NCBI GenBank assembly: GCA_977017575.1
Contig: CDRNVI010000049.1
Span: 248,001-312,000, forward strand
Length of the DNA stretch: 64,000 bases
Source of the DNA: Paramoeba atlantica
Lineage: Eukaryota > Protista > Discosea
Direction: 5' to 3'
Below, in pieces: positions 48,823 to 59,046 of the stretch (its first letter is position 1; each line of letters opens with the position of its first letter). The notes under the pieces are model-generated. The model was given only the letters and a program-made list of their open reading frames with translations, searched no databases and was not told where the DNA came from. Both the position numbers and the translations under genes were made by a program.

Positions 48823-50352
48823 CTATCCAGGACATAATTCGTAAAAAGCCATGTAGATTTCACATCTATCTACCTCTTCCTCCGACACGGCTCGGTAACT
48901 GTTATCGCTAACGTAATACCACTGATGTCCGCGTTGCAAATAACACACGAAATGTCCCGAGTTCGTGGCCTCCCCTTCGTGAACTACAGCTGCACGGAGC
49001 TGATATGATTTCGCCAAAGAAGGCGAATGAGTGAAATCGTTTCGCCCAGTTTGGCTGGGATTAAAAATTCCTCCTGGAACAAGATCTGCGAAGCAAACGG
49101 GTAATTTTTCTCGAATTTTAAGAGTGCGGGGGGGTACGGAACCGAGCGCTGGTGTAGTGCTGCCGCTGTTCGTATGCTGCGCAGGTTTTAAATGTCTTTC
49201 GAGGTGAACTGTAAGAATAACTGGCCACTGGACGGAGTGCGGTATATCGTTTCGTGGAGCTTGTTCAACCGCAATAGCGCAATTCTCAGTACTAGAATTA
49301 GTACGTGCACTTGTTCCTAAAGACTTCTGCCCTACAACTAGATTCTCGAAATCTTTAATCATCTTATGAGGCTCTGGTAATTTTTGTGATATTATTTCAT
49401 TACCCAAAGCCAAGAGTGTGGGTTGTATTCTTCTGTAGCTCGTAGGGTTTCTTTTGAAAATCGGTTTAGCTCCATATTTCAAAAGGCTTGATGCTGATTT
49501 CCTTTCATCGTGACGCGTCAAATCAGTATTCTTCGCGAATTGTTTCCATGAATTGTATGGAAAAGAAATGATTGAAAAATAGTCTTTCTCCATACGACCT
49601 GTAAAACATTCCTTGAAGAGCGCCAATGTCTTCGAAAATGGTGAATTTTCAGTGCAACATTCTTCGAATTTATTGAGTATTTCTCCGTAAACAACGGCAC
49701 AATCCCGCATCCCCCGTTTGCTTTCCTTTTGGAACAACGAAGGATAGTCAGATCTCAGATGGATTTTATCTTTAGAGCACTTCTGTAGCTCAGTCAGAAC
49801 GCCGAGCAAATCAAAACAATACGAAGTATTAAGACAATTTCTAGTGGCATTAAAAGTCCCCGAACGAAGTGAACTCCTGTATTCCAGAGTACTATCTCGA
49901 AATTGCTGAAACATGTTTAACGGTATCACGCTTCCAAGACACTGCAGTAGAACAATGAGAGCACAGTCCTCCGCCTCGTTTACTACGGATCGTGGAGCAC
50001 CTCGTAGAGGGGATGAAGTATGCGGTAGCAAAATATATCCTCCTTCATCGTAATTTTCACTCCGGTCATAGTACGCACCTTGTTCTACAGGGTCCCTTAT
50101 CTCTAAGGCGGAGAATACGTTCCTTACTCTGCGGCGCTTCTGATGGCTCAATAGATGTTCTTCACATAGCGCGATGTGACAAAAACGACATGATACGCTT
50201 ACACGTTTACAACATGAACCATTTATTTGGTTAGTTTTTCGGTTTCCCGACACGATGTTTTTTCGATGAAAACGGGAGCTTGCTAAGTTGCCCTCTCGAC
50301 TCAAATGCGATGTGGAAGTTAGTAATTTGCATTCAATGCAAACTTGCAGCAT
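48823..50352 (-). CDS. USP (C19) ubiquitin hydrolase, USP30/Ubp16-like, with a Cys/His-rich N-terminus
   Basis: Cys box VVNEAEDCALIVLLQCL. His box YQLRAAVVHEG..NSGHFVCY..QWYYVSDN..YMAFYE; the Ser-Asp signature is typical of USP30. Confidence 0.8.
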   Translation of the reverse strand: MLQVCIECKLLTSTSHLSREGNLASSRFHRKNIVSGNRKTNQINGSCCKRVSVSCRFCHIALCEEHLLSHQKRRRVRNVFSALEIRDPVEQGAYYDRSENYDEGGYILLPHTSSPLRGAPRSVVNEAEDCALIVLLQCLGSVIPLNMFQQFRDSTLEYRSSLRSGTFNATRNCLNTSYCFDLLGVLTELQKCSKDKIHLRSDYPSLFQKESKRGMRDCAVVYGEILNKFEECCTENSPFSKTLALFKECFTGRMEKDYFSIISFPYNSWKQFAKNTDLTRHDERKSASSLLKYGAKPIFKRNPTSYRRIQPTLLALGNEIISQKLPEPHKMIKDFENLVVGQKSLGTSARTNSSTENCAIAVEQAPRNDIPHSVQWPVILTVHLERHLKPAQHTNSGSTTPALGSVPPRTLKIREKLPVCFADLVPGGIFNPSQTGRNDFTHSPSLAKSYQLRAAVVHEGEATNSGHFVCYLQRGHQWYYVSDNSYRAVSEEEVDRCEIYMAFYELCPG

Positions 50353-50461
50353 TGTAATCTTTGCGAAACTTCAATTTCTTTACCTGTTTTACGTGGAGAA
50401 AACGTGGCAGAAAACTTTTTGTTCTAACTTTACTCTTATTAAAGGAGGCTTGAGACATTAA

Positions 50462-50545
50462 AGAAAGCAAGAAGAATTCAGAGGATGAGGAAGGAGAAAT
50501 TCGATGGAATGAGAAGAGGGAAAGGAAGACGAAGCAAAGGACGGC
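50462..50545 (-). promoter_or_regulatory. Polypyrimidine tract upstream of the USP gene (putative trans-splicing/polyadenylation signal)
   Basis: Almost pure A/G run on the + strand, 110-190 nt upstream of the ATG. Similar shorter tracts lie upstream of several other minus-strand genes (e.g. ~9100-9125 and ~44920-44945). Confidence 0.55.
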
Positions 50546-50838
50546 GACAGGAAATCCGTAAAAAGTACATTAACTGGGGCATCCCCCAAAAAGACAACAC
50601 TCTAAAAAACAGTGCAACTTAATCCGACGTACACGGAAAATAGGATACGGCCTACAGTATACACAGTACACATCATCTAAAAAAAAATTTTGCGTCTGGG
50701 TGCGGGTGGGTGCGGGCTGGGTGCATATACATGTAAACTGTATTAATATTTTTTTGATATAAAGTATGATCTGGGACACATTGTCCCACAGAGAGTAGTC
50801 AATACGCCTGTAAACGTACTAGCCAAGATGCAGGTGGT

Positions 50839-51741
50839 TTAGCCCTGCTCCGACGTCGCCCTGTAGTGCGCATTCTCAATGAGGTAGCCATAATCGTCAC
50901 TTCTAAACCCTGGAATGAGTTTCGCGCGATTAGGGTGAGGGAGCAGCTCCTGACCATACTCCCTCCAAACAGCCTCTATGCGGGTAACGTACTCCATCAT
51001 GCGTACGTAGATGGCTTCACAGATCAACGAAGTGGCAACGTAGGACGCCAAGGTGTGCTCGACCCCTGTAAAAGCTGTCGGGTATGGTTCGTCGGGTGGG
51101 GGGTCCACATACTCCTGTAGTTCCCCTAGTATCGAGCGTAGCATTGTGGATTTTTCGAAAAAACACGGCCTGAACCCCTTTGGAATATTTAAAATCTGAT
51201 CCACTCCGAGCAAATCCCAGAGAGTCTCCATGTTATAGGTTGCCATAGCCTGTTGAGAGAGTGCCGTATGATGTTTGGCCTCAGCCATTGGAAACAAATG
51301 TAATAGGGGATAGACGGAGAGCTTGTGCATCAGGACCGCTCCCTTGGTTAATTCCTGTCGGGCGGCCTGATAACGTCGAAGAAACATCCCTTCGGGAATC
51401 TGTGCACATTCAGGGAGAGACCACCGGATGACGCCTTTTCGTTTTAGGTAATGCATCGCGGCTAATATTTTTTCGCGTCGAATCCGGTCATCCAAGTCAA
51501 GAGACTTTTGTGCACTTGCCACAGAGAACGAATGCAACGTCATTCTTTTCCACATGTCCTTCGGCACCCAGCGCCGGGAATAGGAAATGAGACACTCAAG
51601 GAACATTTGAAGACACATGTGATCCTTCTTTCCCACGTGTTCTCCCCACGCGTTGTACGGCTCTTTGCACAAACTACACCAATTTGGCGTCATATTCCAC
51701 TGTCGGCACTTAGCATCTAATAATTTTGTTGCACGTTTCAT
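50839..51741 (-). CDS. KREPB-family editosome subunit (U1-like C2H2 finger plus degenerate RNase III motif; KREPB4/B5-like)
   Basis: WCSLCKEPY..WGEH.GKKDH finger, then L..G...MHKL....LL.LFP, YNME.LWD.LG and KSTMLRSILGEL in RNase III-fold order. Start moved to ATG 51741. Exact paralog uncertain. Confidence 0.7.
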   Translation of the reverse strand: MKRATKLLDAKCRQWNMTPNWCSLCKEPYNAWGEHVGKKDHMCLQMFLECLISYSRRWVPKDMWKRMTLHSFSVASAQKSLDLDDRIRREKILAAMHYLKRKGVIRWSLPECAQIPEGMFLRRYQAARQELTKGAVLMHKLSVYPLLHLFPMAEAKHHTALSQQAMATYNMETLWDLLGVDQILNIPKGFRPCFFEKSTMLRSILGELQEYVDPPPDEPYPTAFTGVEHTLASYVATSLICEAIYVRMMEYVTRIEAVWREYGQELLPHPNRAKLIPGFRSDDYGYLIENAHYRATSEQG

Positions 51742-51976
51742 GAAAAGCAATGTGGAATGTTCGAATACAGCCGTAATATAGGCAGAGTGTGTAATAGCTT
51801 TGATTCAAGATAATTGATTAATAATTCAAGATAAGAAATTACTTAAAAGGAAGCATATTTTTTTAAATTTAAGCATAGTGCTACTTCGAATTGAAAAGGA
51901 AATAGACAATAGGATTCCTTCAGACACGTGATACACGTTCACTGGGGGGAAAGCAAATATATCCCTTTGATTCGTT

Positions 51977-54304
51977 TTACGTGTTGTTGTTTGCCTCTAC
52001 TTGTGCAGAACCTTCTGAAATATTGCCCGGAGAGGAAGATAACGGCGTGTCCATTGTATTTGCAACTTTCGTGCTATCGGTTAGTCGTCCTTTCGAGGTC
52101 GGAGTGGCCCAAATATCAAGTCTTCCTTCTAGTGGCAGAATGCTCCCTGGGGCAAACGTTTTCTCGCTTTCATTCGCCTCGTGATGTGTAGGTTGGGAAC
52201 CAGGGGTACTCATAGGAGAACACAACGAAGTCGGTCGAGGAGCGGAAACGTCCTTTGGAGTGAAGAAGGACGTAGTTGGTGTGGCAATCAAATGTTTCGG
52301 TGTAACAGGAGCCTCTGATCCCAGGACAGAAGTCGGTGCTAGGCTTGGGATCGGAGAGACATCATCGGCGAGTAGGATCGCGTTTGGGGTACCCGGACCA
52401 GATCCCTGAGAGAACAAATCGCGTTGGGGGGTGTACGCGGGAGAAGTCTGACTAAGCGGCGTTTGACTGAGACGTGCCTTTTCCGATTCCTGCGAAGGAA
52501 TGGAAAGCTTCGGCTGTGAAGCGGAAAATTGGGTCTGCGATGGTGATACAGCTTTGTCCGCCTTGTCCTTGTTCTTTCTCCTGGCGGTGAGTACGTTCGG
52601 TTTGTTTGTCGGTTGCACCGCTCGACACTGGAGAAAGGAGGCATTGTTTTCTCGCAACGATTGACGCAGACTCTCTAAACGATCAAGATAAATACGAATG
52701 AGAGGAGAAATAACTTTGTTGTCGGTATCATTTTCGAGCGTCTCATTTGGTGACGCATCGATCGGCCGAAATATTGAATGAAGCGTAGCAAGAGTCACAG
52801 TTCCATCTTCGGAGCTTATGGCGATGCGTAGTCCATCTGAGCACCATGAAAGTCCGGATATCGGTGCGGGGTGCATATTCGAGAATTGGACTCTCGGATA
52901 ACCTCTGTTCGTTGAAAAAATAGTAACCGTTTCAGACGTGAATAGGGCAATAGCCATCAAGTATTCTGCAGGACCCCAGATATTCTCATTTTTCATAATT
53001 TCGCTTGAGGTGGGACCCTCGTCTATGGCTTCGGAGACCGAAGAACCTTCACCAAGATTGTCTTTCGGAAGAGCACTGCTTGATTTGTCTTCGTCCCCCT
53101 GATAAAGTATAGGAGAAAATATGGAGCCTATGACAGCTACAGAAGACTTTATCCTGAGAGCTTTATACGGACGGTGGAAAGCATGACGAAGGAAAACGTA
53201 GGCGCATTGTTGATATTCGGTCCTACTGGACGTGGGCCTGATCTCCATATTTTCTGCCTCAGAAGGATCAGGATCTTGTTCCTTGGGTTTCCCTGGAGCG
53301 TGATCCGAGTTTTGATTCCTCTGAGGATCTTTTGTGGGATCGTAAAACCCACAAGGTAGAGCCATCATACCCCCATCAGGAGAGAAAGAGCCATGACGGT
53401 AGTACGGTGAGGCATCATAAGCGCGAAATAAGAACCCTCCCTGCTCTCCATGAGTTATGTTGTCATGCACAGAGAAGGCTTGGGCACGTCCAGGTCGGGT
53501 CTCACGGCGGTTGTAAATAATTACCGCCTTGCGGTCGGCCCCAATCGAGACAGCGTATGTTCCCCAAGGATCCCAAAACACACCTTGGACTGATGCACTA
53601 TGAGAACTCTCCATTCGGATACGAGCATATCCGTCGAGGATATCGTGTATAACCACCAACCCCTCCTGTGAGGCGCTGAGCAAAAACCTCCCATCGTGAG
53701 AAAAACTCAGAGCATACACTTCGCGATCTCCAAACACGCGAAGAATTTTTACTGCAGACCAGTTCTCCACATTATACTCATAGGCACTGTCAAAGAGGCT
53801 GGTTCGCGCTCGTGCCGCAGGGGTGACTTCGGATTCTTCCTCTTGTGACGGAAACTCCTTGATCGGGGAGGGCCCGGAAAAGTTGCCCTCGTTTGCCTCC
53901 ATCAGTTGGGTGAGCCGGCCCGCTGTGGAATCTTGTGTGGCAGCGTTCTCCGCATCGGATCCTGCCTGCTGCCACATGACAACTTCCCCACTGTTGTATC
54001 CGGCTCCTATTAACCGGCCCTGTGGACTCCATCGAGCTACGTTACATGGGGAGCGCTCCGCAAGGAACATGGTGGCGAGATGGGAAATAGACTCCGCGAG
54101 AGGAGATTGGAGGTTGTAACTCCAGATCTTAATGGCACCGTCGAAACCGGAGGTTAGAAGTTTCATCTCGTTAGGGTGCCAGTGGACGCTGAGCACCGCA
54201 CCAGGCTTGTCCGCGTCTTTTCCGCTCAGAAGTCCCGAGGCACCACTGTCAATATCGTGTGGGAAGTGCCAACGTAGCTCCAGGGTCTTTACGGAGTCAG
54301 TCAT
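51977..54304 (-). CDS. CHAF1B: Chromatin assembly factor 1 subunit B (p60/Cac2) WD40 protein
   Basis: TLELRWH, VARWSP.G, VQGV.WDP.G.Y, YYRH.SFSPDG...LPCG and FSNMH..PIS.LSW.SDG...AISS.DG, followed by a long S/P/T-rich tail. Confidence 0.88.
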   Translation of the reverse strand: MTDSVKTLELRWHFPHDIDSGASGLLSGKDADKPGAVLSVHWHPNEMKLLTSGFDGAIKIWSYNLQSPLAESISHLATMFLAERSPCNVARWSPQGRLIGAGYNSGEVVMWQQAGSDAENAATQDSTAGRLTQLMEANEGNFSGPSPIKEFPSQEEESEVTPAARARTSLFDSAYEYNVENWSAVKILRVFGDREVYALSFSHDGRFLLSASQEGLVVIHDILDGYARIRMESSHSASVQGVFWDPWGTYAVSIGADRKAVIIYNRRETRPGRAQAFSVHDNITHGEQGGFLFRAYDASPYYRHGSFSPDGGMMALPCGFYDPTKDPQRNQNSDHAPGKPKEQDPDPSEAENMEIRPTSSRTEYQQCAYVFLRHAFHRPYKALRIKSSVAVIGSIFSPILYQGDEDKSSSALPKDNLGEGSSVSEAIDEGPTSSEIMKNENIWGPAEYLMAIALFTSETVTIFSTNRGYPRVQFSNMHPAPISGLSWCSDGLRIAISSEDGTVTLATLHSIFRPIDASPNETLENDTDNKVISPLIRIYLDRLESLRQSLRENNASFLQCRAVQPTNKPNVLTARRKNKDKADKAVSPSQTQFSASQPKLSIPSQESEKARLSQTPLSQTSPAYTPQRDLFSQGSGPGTPNAILLADDVSPIPSLAPTSVLGSEAPVTPKHLIATPTTSFFTPKDVSAPRPTSLCSPMSTPGSQPTHHEANESEKTFAPGSILPLEGRLDIWATPTSKGRLTDSTKVANTMDTPLSSSPGNISEGSAQVEANNNT

Positions 54305-54525
54305 GAAACAGTGTAGGAGGTACGAAAACCTATTTCACTAATCACTGCATCTCGTACAATAATATCAAAAAATGTTATCTTTTATTCCTTCATAACTAGA
54401 AAGCAAAGCTACACAGTAACTGTCAGTATGATTTTTTGTCAGTATCGTAAAAGGCCAGTATCGTTTCTTGTTCACAGTTCGAATTCAGGTAACACCCCTT
54501 GACACCTCAAGAAGAATCCTACTGA

Positions 54526-56145
54526 TCAAAAGGTCAGTGTAGATCGGTCCACACTTCTGTCATGATCAGATAAAACGAAGGCATCAGACCTATTGGGAAA
54601 ACTCTTTTGAGAAGTATGCTGATTGTCAAAAGAAAAATCGACCCTATTTAATACGGAACAACTACCGTCTAGGGAGACAATGATTAATTTTTCTCCACCA
54701 GTACTCCAGCATACATCGCTGATTGAGCTGGTATGTATGTTCTCCACAAAAAACATGGGAATCGTGGAATTCGACGAAAATATGGCCACGGATTGGCAAG
54801 TATAGACGGCAATGAGAAGTTCGAAACGTTTTGACCCCCAAGCTCGCGAACTGCCTTGTGAAGAAACCGAAGAGCAATTGAGAGGTGCAAAAGCGCTCCC
54901 GATCACCACGGCATGCCCTGGTAGACACAAACATGCGTGAAAGTTGAGGCTACTACTGACGTCGCTTTCGGGGATAACTCGTCCCTTTTGAAAGATTACA
55001 CAGCATTCTGCGTTAGATTTACTTTCGTTTGCTGGTTTGACACCTGCTAATGACATCAAATAGCCCCCGGGCAAGGCAAGAAACTCTCCAGTGGGAGAGA
55101 ACGACATTGAGCGAGTAGGATAGAAATCATTTTCTCTATCCATTCTAAAATTGAACGAAATTTTATCTCCATGGTCCCACAATAGCTGTTCACGACCCGA
55201 GAAAACAGGAGGATGGAGTGACGTTGCTTGTACACTAACACCGAGTGGTGCATATGCCAAAGTTAAGTGACTAAGTGAAAATGCCCCAGAACCAAAGCAG
55301 CCCACTATTATGACAGATGAATCCGGGAAAGTGTTCTCTCGTTCCCCAGATCGATTATCAAAATTTTCCTTTGTGTGAGCTCTAGAGAGTAAATCCGGGA
55401 CAAAATTATTGTAAACATGCATGCGGATGCCGCGCAATACTCCTCCGGACTCAGGACTAGTGAGAACCATAAGAAGAGTGTAAGATCCCATGCCTTCCTT
55501 TTCTAAGTAGCGTCTATGAAGCTTCATAACACCCGAATTCGCGTCCGATGAAACCACTCTTACTTCGTGGGAACCCCAGAGATAAATCGACCCGGTATAT
55601 AGCCCGCATGCGAGAAGAGAAGCGTCGGAAGAGAAATCAAGAAACGTAACCATATCATGATGCGGAAGCGCACTCTCACCTTTTCCCACCAAATATCGCT
55701 TCGAAAGTGACGAAGACTCTAAACTCCACAGTTGGACTAATCCACTACTTAATGCAAGCGCCAGCAACCCAGTACTTGGAACAGCTCGAACCAATGTACA
55801 GTAGTGTGAAATACCCTTGCCTGAATCTGCTGTTGTCATGCCAAAGGCGCCGGGGGGACAGCCATAAAGTGATATCCCATTTTCCTGGTGATAACACAAG
55901 GGATCAATTTGCCCAACCATCGCGAGCTCATCGGTCTCGGGGCCTAATAGCCATAGTTTCACGGTGCCATCAACTCCAGCCGTCGCAACGAGGCTGTAGT
56001 CAGCGGGACCAAACGGAGCGGGGATCGCACAAACAGAGAGGATACGACATGGCTGGGCGGCTGTGTGTGGTCTTCGCGTTCCCTCCTCGTTATCGTTGTA
56101 ACGATCAATAGGGCGATGGCACGCAGGGTGTAACGTCACTGCCAT
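54526..56145 (-). CDS. Second CAF-1 p60/HIRA-class WD40 protein
   Basis: RSMSFSPTGEFLALPGG and LIAVYT..SV.IF....IP...VENIH.SSISDVCWS.GG..LIIVSLDG.CS. Start moved from GTG 56229 to ATG 56145. Confidence 0.7.
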   Translation of the reverse strand: MAVTLHPACHRPIDRYNDNEEGTRRPHTAAQPCRILSVCAIPAPFGPADYSLVATAGVDGTVKLWLLGPETDELAMVGQIDPLCYHQENGISLYGCPPGAFGMTTADSGKGISHYCTLVRAVPSTGLLALALSSGLVQLWSLESSSLSKRYLVGKGESALPHHDMVTFLDFSSDASLLACGLYTGSIYLWGSHEVRVVSSDANSGVMKLHRRYLEKEGMGSYTLLMVLTSPESGGVLRGIRMHVYNNFVPDLLSRAHTKENFDNRSGERENTFPDSSVIIVGCFGSGAFSLSHLTLAYAPLGVSVQATSLHPPVFSGREQLLWDHGDKISFNFRMDRENDFYPTRSMSFSPTGEFLALPGGYLMSLAGVKPANESKSNAECCVIFQKGRVIPESDVSSSLNFHACLCLPGHAVVIGSAFAPLNCSSVSSQGSSRAWGSKRFELLIAVYTCQSVAIFSSNSTIPMFFVENIHTSSISDVCWSTGGEKLIIVSLDGSCSVLNRVDFSFDNQHTSQKSFPNRSDAFVLSDHDRSVDRSTLTF

Positions 56146-56248
56146 TAAACTAACGAAGAGAGTACCATAGCAAAGACAAAGGTCTACTTGTGCGGTATGG
56201 GCAATAAAAAGCAAGATAAATAAACGCACGAAAACTTGTTCTATCGTG

Positions 56249-56292
56249 ACTTAAGAGGTACATAACTTAAGAGGTACATAACTTAAGAGGTA
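56249..56292. repeat. 16-bp tandem repeat ACTTAAGAGGTACATA x2.75
   Basis: Read directly from the sequence. Confidence 0.9.
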
Positions 56293-56390
56293 GTAAGTTA
56301 AGTTTAAGTTCTAACGTGACTAAAGAGGACCAAAGGAAGAGATTTAAAGCATTGAATTTCAACCTTTTGAGACAAGAACTTGGCAGTATA

Positions 56391-58043
56391 TCAAGATTTC
56401 TGTATAGTAGGATGTTTTACTGCCACAATTCTCGGGTACCGATTTTCTTTGTGGGCAGAAAAAAGAAGTTTAAGTCGAGAGAAACATAGTTCATCCTTGA
56501 CGAAAAAACAGTATCGCTCGACTACTGTGCGTAAGGGAAGAGCAAAACGGTACCCCCGCCGGCGAATCGCATGAGATAGAATATCCAACATTATTTGTTG
56601 TGGGGCAGTGGAGTGCGTGGAGGCAACCTTTGTTAAGTTTTGTGCTGAAATAGGGCGAACCAGACAGGACCCTCTCGGCAGTGAGTGTAAAGCATACAAC
56701 GCGCGAAGAGTGGGAGTATGCACCAAATGAATTCTAGGATACAGTTTGTTTTTACTTTTTGTGGTTTCCATACTTTCATTTACTATGGAACTCACTGTCT
56801 TTTGTTTCCTTATGTTCTCGGCGGAATCAAAAAAATTAAGTGCACGTAGTGCTTCCCACCAGCGCACAGGTCCACTGTTAGTATTACAGTGATCTGGGTG
56901 ATGAAATATGTGTAAGAGTGAGCTCAAAACTACGCTGCTTGTACAGCGAAGCTTTTCCATTGTGTTCTCTTTGGTGTTTGGTGCTATCATTGTTTCAGCG
57001 GCGCTACCAATCAATTCGTAGATATGCTCCTGCACAGTTCGACATGCCATCTGCCACGTCATGTGCGACTCGCATACATGGGCTGCTTCCGAAAGCATTC
57101 CAACTTTCGTATTTGATTCAGGAAAAGACGAGCTCCTTTGAACCATGAGATGTATATATTGTAAGTATCGATAGGACCCTCCTTCGCGATGAGCCACTTC
57201 ATGCAAAAAAGGTTTGAAGTTTGTCTGTGCCCAAAGAGTGTATAGCTCTTGAATGCGCCCCTTCTCATAAAGGACATGAAGAATCGAGGGAAAAAGTGAG
57301 ATTAAGAGAGGTGATGACATTACCCTTGGTGGAGAAGAAAGATGTGCATTTCCACGCCCCGTCGATTCACACACCTGTTGCATCCACAAGACGGTTTGAT
57401 GCGTCAATGATGGCTCTACGTCGTTGACTTCTGATTCTGGAGCTGTGTGTAAAACAGCACATTCTGGACTTCGTATCACAGTGCGAAGGGCTCGATCCCA
57501 CATAAGAGCATGTGAAAAACACATTGCAGTGCAGTCCCAATATTCTTGATCAGTAAAAGAACTAGAAAGATGGTTCATCGCTTCCTTCCAAAGGTCACTG
57601 TAACACAGTGCACGGATGTATTCGGTGGTGTGCTCGACTTCAATAGGAATGTGAAAAGAGTTGGGAAGCAAATCTGAGGATGAATCCTGCTTTAATCGGG
57701 ATGCTTTCCTTCTCTTACTGTGAAAAACCTGCTTCTGTGCATGAAACAAATTGCATCTGCGCACTATATCGTAGAGAACAATTGCACGAGACCACGATAA
57801 ACCTTGAAGGGCATCCAAAAGAATATCGGGACGAGCAGCAAAAAGTGGTAAGGAACCTTCAACAGTCTGCCGTAAGGAATTCTCTGATACTCGAGAAAGG
57901 TGTGACAAAAAAATCGGCAAATTAATCTGCGCTGCCTTTGGCTTCGAGTTTGATAAAGTCGCTTCGGCGCAAGGAAGTGTAGGCCGTATTGGTAAATCAT
58001 CTTCTATGATCTTTTGATATGTACATTCTTCTACGTCGTTCAT
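56391..58043 (-). CDS. Hypothetical helical-repeat (PPR-like) protein
   Basis: Recurrent W..A(L/M) helices (LWKEAM, WDRAL, WQMAC, WWEAL) and YIRALC. Confidence 0.55.
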   Translation of the reverse strand: MNDVEECTYQKIIEDDLPIRPTLPCAEATLSNSKPKAAQINLPIFLSHLSRVSENSLRQTVEGSLPLFAARPDILLDALQGLSWSRAIVLYDIVRRCNLFHAQKQVFHSKRRKASRLKQDSSSDLLPNSFHIPIEVEHTTEYIRALCYSDLWKEAMNHLSSSFTDQEYWDCTAMCFSHALMWDRALRTVIRSPECAVLHTAPESEVNDVEPSLTHQTVLWMQQVCESTGRGNAHLSSPPRVMSSPLLISLFPSILHVLYEKGRIQELYTLWAQTNFKPFLHEVAHREGGSYRYLQYIHLMVQRSSSFPESNTKVGMLSEAAHVCESHMTWQMACRTVQEHIYELIGSAAETMIAPNTKENTMEKLRCTSSVVLSSLLHIFHHPDHCNTNSGPVRWWEALRALNFFDSAENIRKQKTVSSIVNESMETTKSKNKLYPRIHLVHTPTLRALYALHSLPRGSCLVRPISAQNLTKVASTHSTAPQQIMLDILSHAIRRRGYRFALPLRTVVERYCFFVKDELCFSRLKLLFSAHKENRYPRIVAVKHPTIQKS

Positions 58044-58362
58044 TATTTATTCGCCCTTACAAAATTCTTGACGACTTTACGTTGTCCTACGCAGCAGCCT
58101 TGGAACGAAATACGAGGAGCGGAATCAATCCGTCAGAGAAAATATTTTTAGAATCGAGATCAGCATCCGATTTCAGAGAAATATAACAAAAAATCAATAA
58201 TAGTGAACTTGAAGTTATTAATTTTGCTTTTCCTATCTTGAATTATTATTTCATTTTTTTAATCCCCCCGACGCAGATTACCTGACACCGCTAGGCTACC
58301 TTGGACAATTTCCATACATGTATGCCCACTTCTTTAACTAGAAAATACGTGCCTGAATGTGT

Positions 58363-58836
58363 TCAAAATTGTGCTATCATATCCCAAATCTTTTCTAGCC
58401 GGCGATGCACTGTGGAACGATCTGCACATGTATAGCATATAGGAGGAAAGGCCTTCGTGATATGTATTCCTTCGGCCCGGTTTTGGGAAATGACTCCTCT
58501 CAAATCCGCCTCGGCTTTTTTCATTTCAGCAGAGACAACGTGTGCCGTCGATCCGGGCCATAATTCAGCGCAACACACAGCAATATTGTCTGCTTCTTCA
58601 CGATCCTTTGCCGATACAAAAATGATACCTAACGTTGGTTCCGATAGACTCCTTATCCCTCTTTCGCAGGGAAGAGCTTTCGCGAGTCCTTCACGAATAA
58701 CTTCTACCGCAATGTCATTTCTTAAAATACGTACACACCATGTTGTGGTTTCGGGAGAGTGTCCTGCTGGCCACGAAGGAAACTTACGCAAGTATTTCTT
58801 TAATGACTCGTCCTGCTCAGTGCTGCTGCTTGTCAT
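58363..58836 (-). CDS. Hypothetical protein, possible RRM-like fold
   Basis: Open frame in array orientation. GIIFVSAKDREEA is weakly RNP1-like. Start moved from GTG 58884 to ATG 58836. Confidence 0.55.
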   Translation of the reverse strand: MTSSSTEQDESLKKYLRKFPSWPAGHSPETTTWCVRILRNDIAVEVIREGLAKALPCERGIRSLSEPTLGIIFVSAKDREEADNIAVCCAELWPGSTAHVVSAEMKKAEADLRGVISQNRAEGIHITKAFPPICYTCADRSTVHRRLEKIWDMIAQF

Positions 58837-59046
58837 TGAGAGTGTTGTCGTTGAGAGTGTTGCTTGTGAAAAAGAATGTAACACGCTAAAAAATTAGAGT
58901 CATAAGAATCACCTAAAGTACCTATCTAAAGAATCGCCTAAGGTTCTATCTCTCGTAAGTGAGGATACTGTAGTGTACAAATGTATAATATCTTGCGGAA
59001 TAGCGCCTTGGAAAGGAAAGAAATCCTTCCTAAATACGTATCTGTC

